DNA of 63,908 nt, the filler included, from Octopus bimaculoides (taxonomy: Eukaryota), in assembly GCF_001194135.2 (NCBI RefSeq). It is 7 parts of 7 records of this genome, joined end to end, with 100 filler letters (N's around TTAATTAATTAA, not from the genome) between each part and the next. Parts side by side here need not be neighbours in the genome. Positions count along the whole stretch, not along the records: positions 44,389 to 53,124 come from NC_069000.1; positions 53,225 to 60,069 come from NC_068993.1; positions 60,170 to 61,989 come from NW_026380589.1; positions 62,090 to 63,908 come from NW_026413518.1; 3 more parts are not named here. The stretch is one strand, 5' to 3'. This document shows, piece by piece, positions 52,561 to 63,908 of the stretch. Every line of letters starts with the position of its first letter. The first letter of the stretch is position 1. The translations under genes were made by a program, and so were the position numbers. A model generated the notes under the pieces. The model was given only the letters and a program-made list of their open reading frames with translations. It was not told the origin of the DNA and did no database searches.

Positions 52561-53224
52561 GCTCAATATTGTCTTCATTTGTTCAGGATAATTTATCTAA
52601 AAGATTGAGTAGCAAAGGAGATAATAGCAGAAGAGGAATAAGAGTAAAAGGGAGTAGAAAGACAAAGCATGAATCAGTGAAAAAGAGCGATTGGAGTGAC
52701 AGTGGGGATGCGAAAGGAGAAATGGGAAAACAGCATTAGATATATAAGGAAGAGAGTAATGGCAGCAAGATGTAATAAACAAGAGAGAAACAGTAATGGC
52801 AAGGAATATATGTACAAAATCATTCCCATGCCATCATCACATGGAATATTAGATAATTCATTCAAAGAATTGAAACTTTCTAGCTTGTAGAATTATATTT
52901 ACTACTCTGTCATTAATATGGGCGATGGTTCTAGCAAAGTTCAAAACGTCTCTGATGAAGTTTAGTGAATATGCACTTTTCTAAATCACCATGATCATGT
53001 AACACTTCAAATATATCTAATTATATAATACACTGATTTTAACATTGAAGTCTTTCTTACTTGTGAACTGTGTATACATCCATAGCTACATACTACGTAT
53101 ATGAATGCATGTATATATATATATNNNNNNNNNNNNNNNNNNNNNNNNNNNNNNNNNNNNNNNNNNNNTTAATTAATTAANNNNNNNNNNNNNNNNNNNN
53201 NNNNNNNNNNNNNNNNNNNNNNNN

Positions 53225-53343
53225 GGAGAACGACGTAAAAAGAGGCAGAGATGACGTCATTAGGTGTTTTCCGGTTCTCCTGCGCCGTCTCTCATCTTCA
53301 TTTCCGGTAAGTGACCCTTCCACCTAAGGAATCGAATAAAGAT
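53225..53343 (+). promoter_or_regulatory. Candidate promoter / first non-coding exon of the zinc-finger gene
   Basis: CpG-rich island in an AT-rich background; TGACGTCA (53252-53259), TTCCGG (53269-53274 and 53302-53307) and a consensus donor CCG|GTAAGT at 53307. Function is inference. Confidence 0.45.
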
Positions 53344-55230
53344 AAAGCTTGTTGTGTTAGGATGACAAAGTAAGTTGCGCTTTTTCCTTTTCTTTCTGTT
53401 GATATTTAAATGTAAGTAATAATTGTTTCCAGTTTCGGTACAAACACAGCGGTTTTAGTGGCTGAGGCCAGAAATAATTTATTTTATCATTCTCTGATGT
53501 ATGAAAGGCGAGGTTGACCCGCGGAGAGATGGAAAAGGAGATTTACTGCACGGCTTTCCCCTCGATTCTCTGAGAGATTAGGGTTGGTTGTCGTGTATCC
53601 GAATGTAACAATGTCCCAATATAACGTGGAAATAGGTGTATGCAGATGCTTCCAATGGAATAGGTGTAGCAGGATTGCACTTATAATCCATGATAGCAGT
53701 CTGGAGTAAAAGCGTTGTTTGACTATTACACACTTTGCTGGTGCATTTTCGGCTAGTTCCTTCATTTGTCTCAATAGCTGTGAAGGCATATGGACAGCAT
53801 GATGTTCATCGTTCACTTATGTGCGAAACTTCTGCTCTGTAGATAGAGAAGTCCATCATAAAGTCTACGTCTTAACACTGTAATAAGTGGCATCTTATGG
53901 TGGGTTGATAATAAGATCCTTAACTTCTGACTTAAAGAAAGCCTATTGGCAGTGATTCAGCAGAAGGCCCGCGACGCCATAATCTTCAGCGAAGAAGTCT
54001 TCACATTTCACACCAGACTTCGTACCACCGGCTTCTGCTTGTTCGTTTCTCTTATATCCTCACCACTGCAAACATCTTATCTAACTGTGCAATTGTCTCT
54101 TTTCATACCTTCTCTCTGATTCCTACATGTCCACGCTCACTTTGCTCAGCACTTGTTAACAATTCCAAATAAATTACTATGCTTTAAAAACAAAACACGC
54201 CTTCTGACATTTATGCATAGATTTATTTCCACGTTATTTTGGGACATTGTTACATTCGATCACACAACAACCAACTCTATTACATTTAGAACCAGTAACT
54301 AACCACTAAATTTGGTGAATACGAAACTCACTAAAAAATTGTCGAAATACATTAAGGTATGGAGTTACTTCCCCCTTAACTGCTTTTTGTTAGTTCTTCA
54401 TTATCACTTTTCCTCATTAAACTTGGTCTTATTTAATTAAACATTTAGATTTACTTCGTCAGAACTAGTTTGCAAGTGATACATAGGACCCCATATTGAC
54501 TGTAAATAATTACTAATTTACTTAATTTAGAGTGGTCATTTCAAGCGATCGTCGAAACTTCTGTTTTACAGTAAACGTCGACGTTATATCCTGTTTCTTT
54601 CAATTATATTGTGACATCTTCCTCGTCGGTTATATATTATGTAAGTATTATTCATATAAACATCTGTATTATACATGTTTATCTCATATTCGTTTTCTAC
54701 ACAGTTGTTGGCACTATCATGCTAAGCATGATAGTGCCCAGTTGTTCACACCCAGTAGGCTGGGGTTATTTCTGTTTTTGTTAACGGGTGTGGATCTTCA
54801 TATTCTGTTGTATCTGGGGTGAGTCATTCTCTTTTAGTGCCTCGTAATTTAACACACTCACCCGTAAAATTTCCACTCATTTACTTATTTATTTTTCTAA
54901 ATATTTCTTTATATTGACCGTCACTTTTACATACATCTAGTTGTTTTGTTGTGAGCAGTAGAAATAAAAGGAAACTGAAGACACGAAAGACATCTCACGA
55001 AGTAACAATGTTGAATTTATAATTACACTGTTTGTTTTTCTTGTTTTAATCTTTATTTCAGTTTTCATTGTTCCCAGGGAGCACATGGCGGAGACGTAAC
55101 CTATCCCCTTTCCTTTTATTTTAATATTTTTTAACGGAAATCCACATTTTCGGCTATCGAGATACCGGTTCTGAAAGAAAAAAAAAAAATGGCTAAAGCA
55201 CGACTTCAAAATTTTGATTCTGCTATTGAC

Positions 55231-55351
55231 ATCTTTATTCTAATTCTTTCGTGGTAGGATAACTGAACGGAACAGAAAAGTAGAAAGACAGCGCAGGAGG
55301 ACCGGCAGGGACCAGATGACGTGAAGTCTGCCTATTTTTACGTCGTTCTTC
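55231..55351 (-). promoter_or_regulatory. Inverted homologue of the 53225-53343 unit
   Basis: Reverse complement aligns without gaps to 53227-53293 at 54/67 identities by hand, with continued gapped similarity to GAATAAAGAT. A plus-strand donor CAG|GTAAGA follows at 55444. Confidence 0.5.
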
Positions 55352-55599
55352 TAGAATTTGTTTGAAGGGATCCGAGATGAGATATGTGGAGTCCACCCAT
55401 AATAACTAAATGATCTGGCCACGGTACCCAATCTCAACTTCAGGTAAGAGCAACTATATGTTCGTACCTTTAAACTACAATTCCATATCACAGATTTTCA
55501 AATCAGTCATAAAGCATTTCAACAATAATTAAGCGAATGCAGTAAACAGCAACTTATATGTGTGTGTGCATGTATGTATATAAGCATGTAGGAAAAGTC

Positions 55600-55960
55600 T
55601 GGGCGATCTTTCGTTTTGACTCGGAAAATCATAACAAAGGACTCCCATTCTTCTCAGTGTTTTCCTGGAGTGGATCACAAATGATGGCCGCAGAGTTAAC
55701 ATGACAAACCTGAGACATACTGACAACATTGATAGGATTGGCAGCAAGGAAGGACAGATTGGTCAGCTTTGGTAGCCACTTTGATGCAAGCAAATTAGCA
55801 TGTGTTGTATTTACTGTTGGGTATGCAAGAACTTTGAAAATACCTCATGGAATGATGACTGTGTGCTGCTTAGTAATGGGCTGCCGTTTGACAAGGTACA
55901 GGACCCGTTGAGTCACCCTGCCAGCGACGAAGTGAAGTCAAGAGTCAAGGGACTGTAGCA
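55600..55960 (+). mobile_element. RTE-clade RT fragment, decayed
   Basis: ITNDGRRVNMTNLRHTDNID resembles the RTE YADD region (TNLRFADDID); downstream remnants DEVKSRV. Confidence 0.5.
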
Positions 55961-56263
55961 TGGTGGATTATGAAGAATTGACAGAAGAGCTCAGCTGAGC
56001 CAATGTTGCTTCTTACATTGAGGCGGAGTGAAGGAATCCCAGAAGATCGACAGCCAGGATCACGAACCTCTATCAAGATGGTAACTATAAGGCATCCAGA
56101 GGGCTGACGTCCATGGTTGTGTAATCAGCCAATGAAAGATTCACTGTGACTCAATCTCCCGATTCAAATTCATAATAATGGAATTGGATGGTGACAGACA
56201 ATTATGGCAGTCTACAAAAGCAGCATGACCAAAGAGAGAGTATATATTGTATGTATCGTCTAT

Positions 56264-56302
<39 letters not shown>

Positions 56303-56808
56303 ATTGTATGTACATATGTGCATGCGCAGTTGAATCTTTTCACTTTAGCAGTCTTCGATTTCTTATATTCTTTCTCGTTTATTTCAGAATAACTGATGAT
56401 ATTGGCAGAAAAGGAATTTTTATATCTGACATCTTCAATATTTATCTTCTTTGATAGACTAAAGGAAGCTGTTATACAGAAGAACTATAACCATGTTTAT
56501 ATAAATCGGTGATGAATTATAGCGAAACATTTCCTCTCTATGAGATTGTCATCAACATTTCTCTAATATATGTGGCAGATTAATTTCATTTGAAATAAGC
56601 TTGGATTAAATTACAAAGACGCTTTCTGCACCTTCCGATATCAGCAAAGATCACAGTTGATAGAAATATAACAAAACAAACAGCAATACGAATAGGTTAT
56701 AAAATGAGAAATAAGAAAAATATTCCTACGTATATACAAAGTAGTGAGAGTCAATAATAATGGAAAACTTAATTATATGAGAAAGTCTGAGAGTTGATTA
56801 TCTTTTTC

Positions 56809-57033
56809 TTAATGCCTTTAGCATTTAAACCAGCCATACCCTGCCTATATATTCTGACTATTTTACAATCAATCCAACCAGATTTGGCCTCTCATACCTA
56901 CCCTGCAATGCCACTATAAAAAGATCACATCGTTGAAGTTTCAAACCTATGAGATAATACAAGTTTAATTCAAAACAACGTGAATGAAAAAGAATTACAA
57001 ATCACAGAGTAATTTGAATACCAAAAGGTTTAA
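56809..57033. mobile_element. Decayed TTAA-flanked MITE immediately upstream of the ancestral zinc-finger start
   Basis: TTAA-TGCCTTTAGCATT ... AATACCAAAAGGT-TTAA, with degenerate inverted ends and TTAA at 56809-56812 and 57030-57033. Confidence 0.5.
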
Positions 57034-57036
57034 AAG

Positions 57037-57548
<512 letters not shown>

Positions 57549-59147
57549 ATGAAACCTTATCACTGTGATATCTGTGGTAAATCATTCTCTCAGAATGGTA
57601 ACTTAGTTAGACACAGTCGTATTCATACAGGAGAGAAGCCATATCGCTGTGATATATGTGGTAAATCATTCTCTCAGAATGATAACTTAGCTGCGCATAA
57701 TCGCATTCATACAGGAGACAAGCCATATCGCTGTGATATCTGTGGTAAATCATTCTCTAAGAATGATGGCTTAGCTAAACACTGTCGCAGTCATACAGGT
57801 GAGAAGCCATATTGCTGTGATATCTGTGGTAAATCATTCTCTCAAAATGGTCACTTAGCTATGCACAGTCGCATTCATACAGGAGAAAAACCATTTCAGT
57901 GTGATATCTGTGGTAAATCATTCTCTCAGAATGAACACTTAGCTAAACACAATCGCATTCATACAGGAGAGAAGCCATATTGCTGTGATATCTGTGGAAA
58001 ATCATTCGCTCACGATCATGGCTTGGCTAAGCATCATCACATTCATTCAAAAGAGAAGACATTTCACTGTGATATCTGTGGTAAATCATTCTCTCAGAAT
58101 GATAGTCTGACTAAGCACATTCACATAGGAAAGAAAAGACATTGCTGTGATATTTGTGGTAAATCATTCTCTCAAAATCACAACTTAACTAAACACATTC
58201 ACATTCATACAGGAGAGAAGCCATATCGCTGTGATATCTGTGGTAAATCATTCTCTCAGAATGAACATTTAGCTAGACACAATCGCATTCATACAGGAGA
58301 GAAGCCATATCGCTGTGATATCTGTGGTACATCATTCTCTCAGAAGGATAATTTAGCTAAACACAATCGCATTCATACAGGAGAGAAGCCATATCGCTGT
58401 GATATCTGTGGTAAATCATTCTCTCACAATTATCACTTAGTTATGCACAATCGTATTCATACAGGAGAGAAACCGTATCACTGTGATGTCTGTGGTAAAT
58501 CGTTTTCTTGGAATGATAGCTTAGCTAAACACAATCGCATTCATACAGGTGAGAAACCGTATTGTTGTGATATCTGTGGTAAATCATTCTCTCAGAGTCG
58601 TCAGTTAGCTGTGCATAATCGCATTCATACAGGAGAGAATCCATATCGCTGTGATATATGTGGTAAATCATTCTCTTACAACGATAGCTTAGCTAAACAC
58701 TGTCGCATTCATACAGGAGAGAAGCCATATTGCTGTGATATGTGTGGTAAATCATTCTCTCGGAATGACCAATTAGCTGTGCACATTCGCATTCATACAG
58801 GAGAGAAGCCATATCACTGTGATAAATCATTCTCTTACAACGATAGCTTAGCTAAACACTGTCGCATTCATACAGGAGAGAAGCCATATCACTGTGATAT
58901 CTGTGGTAAATCATTCTCTCACAACAATAGCTTATCTAAACACTGTCGCATTCATACAGGAGAGAAGTCATATCGCTGTGATATCTGTGGTAAATCATTC
59001 TCTCGGAATGACCACTTAGTTGTGCACATTCGCATTCATACGGGAGAGGAGCCATATCGTTGTGATATCTGTGGTAAATCATTCTCTCGGAATGACCACT
59101 TAGCTAAACATTGTCACATTCACACTGGAAAGAAAACATTGTTGTGA
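57549..59147 (+). CDS. Tandem C2H2 zinc-finger protein (19 finger units, 17 canonical), no effector domain seen
   Basis: Repeated [10 protein letters not shown]....[10 protein letters not shown]. The open frame runs 57486(GTG)-59147 and the first ATG is at 57549. Finger 7 has a 6-bp and finger 16 a 9-bp in-frame deletion. Whether it is expressed is unknown. Confidence 0.8.
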   Translation: MKPYHCDICGKSFSQNGNLVRHSRIHTGEKPYRCDICGKSFSQNDNLAAHNRIHTGDKPYRCDICGKSFSKNDGLAKHCRSHTGEKPYCCDICGKSFSQNGHLAMHSRIHTGEKPFQCDICGKSFSQNEHLAKHNRIHTGEKPYCCDICGKSFAHDHGLAKHHHIHSKEKTFHCDICGKSFSQNDSLTKHIHIGKKRHCCDICGKSFSQNHNLTKHIHIHTGEKPYRCDICGKSFSQNEHLARHNRIHTGEKPYRCDICGTSFSQKDNLAKHNRIHTGEKPYRCDICGKSFSHNYHLVMHNRIHTGEKPYHCDVCGKSFSWNDSLAKHNRIHTGEKPYCCDICGKSFSQSRQLAVHNRIHTGENPYRCDICGKSFSYNDSLAKHCRIHTGEKPYCCDMCGKSFSRNDQLAVHIRIHTGEKPYHCDKSFSYNDSLAKHCRIHTGEKPYHCDICGKSFSHNNSLSKHCRIHTGEKSYRCDICGKSFSRNDHLVVHIRIHTGEEPYRCDICGKSFSRNDHLAKHCHIHTGKKTLL

Positions 59148-59490
59148 TATCTGTGGTAAATCATTCTCCCGCAATGATTGCTAAGCTAAATACTATTGCA
59201 TTCATACAGGAGAGAAGCCATATCACTGTGATATATGTGGTAAATCGTTTTCTCAGTATGACTGCTTAGCTAAGCACAATCACATTCATTCAGAAGTGAA
59301 GACATTTCCCTGTGATAAATTATTCTCTCGGAATGATTACTTAGCTGTGCACAATCGTATTCATAGAAGAGAGAAACCATATTGCTGTGATATCCGGGGT
59401 AAATTATTCTCTCAGAGTGGTCACTTAACTAAACTCAAAAGCATTCATACAAGAGAGAAAACACTGTGATACCTGTGGTAAATCATTGTT
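59148..59490 (+). pseudogene. Decayed 3' zinc fingers after a 1-bp deletion
   Basis: In a shifted frame: [101 protein letters not shown]. Confidence 0.8.
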
Positions 59491-60169
59491 TTGAAATGGT
59501 AGACAGATCTATTCTTCAGTTGGCTAACCAGGAATATAGCATCAGTCATGTCCCTGACCGGCACAAACCCAGACTGCATCTCCTCTCCACTAACTCTTTC
59601 CTTAATTAATTTACATCACCTGGTACAGCAACTTGATACCTCTGTAAAATTCACCATTTTATTAACTATGGGCAGTACTGATGGGCCTATCTACTATGAT
59701 AAAGAACTCGGTTAGGTCAGTCATTTATGGCTTTAGGTATGGACACATAAGTTAGTTATTGACTGACATGATCGTTTATAGGCAGTGTACTTTATTTTTT
59801 TTTTTTTGCAGCTGTTACTGGGCCCTTCTACCTCCTCTATACAGCGGCAAGGATGCTGAGGCATTGGAGTTGAGGAAATCAACTGGCTGCCTCTCCCAAA
59901 ATTTCAGTCATTGCGCCTATAGTAGAAAAGATTATTGATCCCAGTGATGCAATATATTTTGGTCTAGAAGCGATGTCCACTTTTAGATGTAGAAAATAGA
60001 GTTGGGGGAGTCAACAATAATTGTCGGTTTAAGGTGGCAGGCTGGCGGAATTGATAGCAGACTGGACAGNNNNNNNNNNNNNNNNNNNNNNNNNNNNNNN
60101 NNNNNNNNNNNNNTTAATTAATTAANNNNNNNNNNNNNNNNNNNNNNNNNNNNNNNNNNNNNNNNNNNN

Positions 60170-60330
60170 CTTGACAACCAATGTTGGAGTATTTACGTTC
60201 GGCAAAACAGACCGATAGAATAAGTAACAGGCTTACAAAGAATAAATCCTGGGGTCGATATGCTCGACTAAAAGGCGGTGCTTCAGCATGGCCGCAGTCA
60301 ATTGAATGAAAGAAGTAAAAGAGTAAAAGA
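60170..60330 (+). mobile_element. SINE family B, 3' half
   Basis: TTCGGCAAAACAGACCGATAGAATAAGTA...CGACTAAAAGGCGGTGCTTCAGCATGGCCGCAGTC...AGTAAAAGAGTAAAAGAA. Confidence 0.8.
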
Positions 60331-60411
60331 ATATATATATTATTGGCACTTAAAACACACGAACACCGTTTGTCAAGCGGGGGTAGGGGGACAAACACAG
60401 ACACAAGCACA

Positions 60412-60456
<45 letters not shown>

Positions 60457-60568
60457 ACACACACACATATATATATATACTCCTACATAAGCTCACTAAT
60501 ATAACGACATATATGTATACATCAATGCACGTTTACATAAATATATATATGTATATATACACTTACGT

Positions 60569-60629
<61 letters not shown>

Positions 60630-60914
60630 TATACCTGCATATACAGATGTATGTACATATGTATGTGTATGTAGGTTTATTGATATGTGTGTGCATGTGC
60701 TTGATTTTATTGCATTTTTCTCCTCTCAAAACTTCTTTTTTTTTGCTAATGATGCACAAGTTTCACGTGACTAACCGATGTTAATTTGGAATGGAACATT
60801 CCAGGAAGAATTGGAATTCACTCTATATATAAGATATAATGTCTCAGACTTGAAGTTAGTTTAATAAGAATCATGCACGAATCTCTCCGGCCTTGTATCT
60901 TTGACTAAAGTATA

Positions 60915-61781
60915 CGATGTTTGATGAATAAGTATCCAAACTGTTGCCATTGTTACGAAGCTAAAGAATGCAGAGTGAAGCTGCTGGGTAAAGATTGACC
61001 TTCAACTCTGCTGTGCATATGCACTAAGTTTTGACGTTCTAGCACACTTCCGCTGTTTACAGAAGTGGTTGGAAAGAACCTGTGTAGCGTGTGACCGTCA
61101 CATTGACCATGACAGAGAGAGTTGTCATGGCAATACCTGCTCAGAGGCCTATGCACAGTTGCAGTGAGTGTATAGAGTGGAGTGTATGAGCCGCACACAA
61201 GTGTACGAGTGGTTCAGATGTTTCCAAAATGGCTGAAAAATGTCGATATTGACAAACGTTCTAGGAGACTCGCAACCAGCAGAACTGAGAAAAACATCAC
61301 AGAAAAACATCATAGATGTGCGTGTACCTTTGAGAGGAAATCGCCGAATCACTATCCATGAGTTATCAGAGGATATGCAGATTAGTTACGGTCCAATTCA
61401 GTCCATTATCACTGAAGATTTGTGTAGGAGACGTATGTCTTCTAAGTTTGTGCCGAAACTGCTTTCAGCTGACCGGAAAGAAACTCGAATTTCAGTTGAA
61501 CAAGATCTCCTTGATTGAGTCGAGAACAATGAAATCTTTTTGAAAGCGTTGCATTGGCCTCTGAGCAAGTATCATCAAGCTTTTGGCAAAATTTGATTCT
61601 CTTCTCAACTTCCTCTGTCATGGTCGATGCGACAATCACACGCTACACACCTTCCTTCCAAGCACTGCTATAAACAGCGGAAGTGAGCAAGAACATTAAC
61701 ATGCACAGCAGAGTTTAAGGTCAATCTGTGCCCGGCGGCTTTACTATAGCAATAGTCCGGATACTTATTGATCAGACTACG
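60915..61781. mobile_element. Palindromic mariner derivative (forward 5' half joined to an inverted 5' end)
   Basis: TA-flanked ends CGATGTTTGATGAATAAGTATCC / GGATACTTATTGATCAGACTACG. The forward part encodes MSRTQVYEWFRCFQNG...RRITIHELSEDMQISYG..QSIITEDL..RRMSSKFVPKLLS; the minus strand from 61621 encodes MTEEVEKRIKFCQKLDDTCSEA. Confidence 0.8.
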
Positions 61782-61844
61782 TATACAATCCTGTATTTAA
61801 TTCTATTCCTCCTAGTTATGTATTTATTTATTTATTTATTTATG

Positions 61845-61990
61845 GGTTTCAGCCAAATGGCTGTGGTCATGCTGGAGCACCACCATATGTATATATATAT
61901 TCTTTTATACTTTTATTTGTTTCAGTCATTAGAGTGCGGCCATGCTGGAGCACCGCCTTGAAATTTTAGTCGAATGACTCGACTCTAGTN
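61845..61990 (-). mobile_element. SINE family B tail fragments (two)
   Basis: GGCTGTGGTCATGCTGGAGCACCACC and TTTCAGTCATTAGAGTGCGGCCATGCTGGAGCACCGCC. Confidence 0.7.
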
Positions 61991-62104
61991 NNNNNNNNNN
62001 NNNNNNNNNNNNNNNNNNNNNNNNNNNNNNNNNTTAATTAATTAANNNNNNNNNNNNNNNNNNNNNNNNNNNNNNNNNNNNNNNNNNNNTTGACCAACAC
62101 TTCA

Positions 62105-63908
62105 ACGCCAAACACGAAGGATGCGTTGTCAGAGCTAGGGTGCGTGCTGTAAGAAACGAAAGCATTGGAGTCGCGCGAGGGGCCCGACTGTTCGGGAAAA
62201 CTGTCGAACCAGAACGCAGATGGACTTTAGTGCCTACCTGCATGGCCTGCCACGACTCTCAGCAAAAGAGGAGGAGTGTTGTGAAAGACGCATCACAGCC
62301 GCGGACGATGCGAAGGCAGGCTTCGCGAGAGATGGTCTGCCCTACGGACTCTGTTGTCATATACCAGACTTGTTTGGAGGCGTCTTGGCAGTGAGCTACT
62401 GCAACTGGCAGCAAAACGGAAGTATCCCCGTTTCTGTGAATAGAGAAGCGGTGGCACTGCTAAAGAAAGATCCAAACAAAGGGAACGTCANNNNNNNNNN
62501 AGAGAAGCGGTGGCACTGCTAAAGAAAGATCCAAACAAAGGGAACGTCATTGATAACTTCGGGTCCATCACACTGCTCAATGCAGATTTGAAGGTTTTGG
62601 CCAAGGTGTTAGCCAAGAGGTTGGCGATTGTCATCGAGAAACCGGTTGACAGGGCTGTCCTCACAGCGGCTGTTTCGGTCGCGTTTTCCGCGGCTGGATT
62701 GCTGCCTTATACAGCGGCATCTGTTCAGTAGTTCGCGAGAATTGGCATCTATGCAGACCATTTGACATTTGACGTTCGGTCCGTCAGGGATGCCACATCT
62801 CGTCGCTTCAGTATTGACTCTGGTGCCACTACTGCGGAAGNNNNNNNNNNNNNNNNNNNNNNNNNNAGAATTGGTATGTGGGACGAGCGTGTCTGCATAC
62901 AGGCATGACGTCACCGTCATAGTGTCTAGGCACTGCCGTATCTATCTGGTCGGTGAGTCACTAAAAGAATATAAGAAGCTGTAACGGGAGCGAAAATTAA
63001 TNNNNNNNNNNNNNNNNNNNNNNNNNNNNNNNNNNNNNNNNNNNNCCCATGCCGTCCAACAGCGTCTCCATCGTGGGATACTGGACCGACGGACCAGTTA
63101 TATTGCACTGGGTATGGTTCGGTCCACACCTCCAAATAGAGAAAACTGGAACGGGATAACGAGTAGGGTGGCCAGTCTCACCCAGGAATGGGACGAGAGG
63201 AAGCTATCCCTAAAAAGTCGAGCGGCAGTGGCGAACGTGTATATCGCATCCGCCATCTACTACCGCTTGACAGTCAGGCCTTGTCCCGACTCTACCATCA
63301 TGGACCTGGAACGCATCCTCTTTCGATTCTTATGGAAAAGAANNNNNNNNNNNNNNNNNNNNNNNNNNNNNNNNNNNNNNNNNNNNNNNNNNNNNNNNNN
63401 NNNNNNNNNNNNNNNNNNNNNNNNNNNNNNNNNNNNNNNNNNNNNNNNNNNNNNNNNNNNNNNNNNNNNNNNNNNNNNNNNNNNNNNNNNNNNNNNNNNN
63501 NNNNNNNNNNNNNNNNNNNNNNNNACCATCATGGACCTGGAACGCATCCTCTTTCGATTCTTATGGAAAAGAAGCTTTCCGATGGTCAGGCGATCTATTC
63601 GCTGACAACACCCGCTAAAAGCAGGGATGGGCATGCCGTGGTTAAAGATGCGTAGACATGCGCTGAGGTTGTGATACATCCGGCGCTTCATAGACGACGG
63701 TGAACAGGTGTGGTCGCCATATGTGGAGTGCGCTTTCCCGCGGCTCATCTCTTTGACCTAACTGCAATCGTGGATCAAAAAGAGGCCGAGGATGGGCGAA
63801 TGGCACCGCAAGTGTCGCGTTGCCCTGAAGCAAATCTGCCGTCCCGGATCGAACTTGCACAAATGAAATACCACTAAAGCATTCTATAGAGGATTAATGG
63901 AGGGGGGG
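62105..63908 (+). mobile_element. L1/Tx1-clade LINE reverse-transcriptase region, fragmented
   Basis: DFSAYLHGLPRLS, DGLPY, ALLKKDPNKGNVIDNFGSITLLNADLKVLAKVLAKRLA, VSAYRHDVTVIVS (degenerate YADD), KLSLKSRAAVANVYIASAIYYRLTV and LERILFRFLWK. Contains frameshifts, deletions and N gaps. Confidence 0.85.

Noticed and set aside
57549-59490. 84-bp regularly spaced repeats with variable inserts as a CRISPR-like array
   Set aside because: They are in-frame C2H2 finger codons in a eukaryotic gene; there are no cas genes.

Overview
AT-rich, microsatellite- and transposon-laden animal genomic scaffold with many N gaps, almost certainly an octopus (inferred from the CDICGKSFS-type C2H2 array and the SINE families). 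Two host loci are recognisable. (1) The 3' part of a prickle gene on the minus strand: a 204-bp LIM1 exon at 26438-26641 spliced in phase 0 to a 1629-bp terminal exon at 14279-15907 encoding LIM2, LIM3, polyQ tracts, the [10 protein letters not shown] motif and a CaaX end (CAIS). I could not find the PET-domain exons in the window. (2) A tandem C2H2 zinc-finger gene on the plus strand: an open core of 19 finger units (57549-59147) flanked on both sides by frameshifted or stop-containing fingers, preceded by a TTAA-flanked MITE and by an inverted pair of CpG-rich promoter-like units (53225-53343 and 55231-55351). The rest is four SINE families, RTE, R4/Dong-like, Penelope-like and L1/Tx1 LINE fragments, two mariner derivatives (one palindromic), MITE/foldback elements, a Helentron-like element with a related 176-bp tandem array, and simple repeats. 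No CRISPR, rRNA or true tRNA gene is supported. Repeat-element boundaries are approximate, and family names come from recalled motifs, not database searches.
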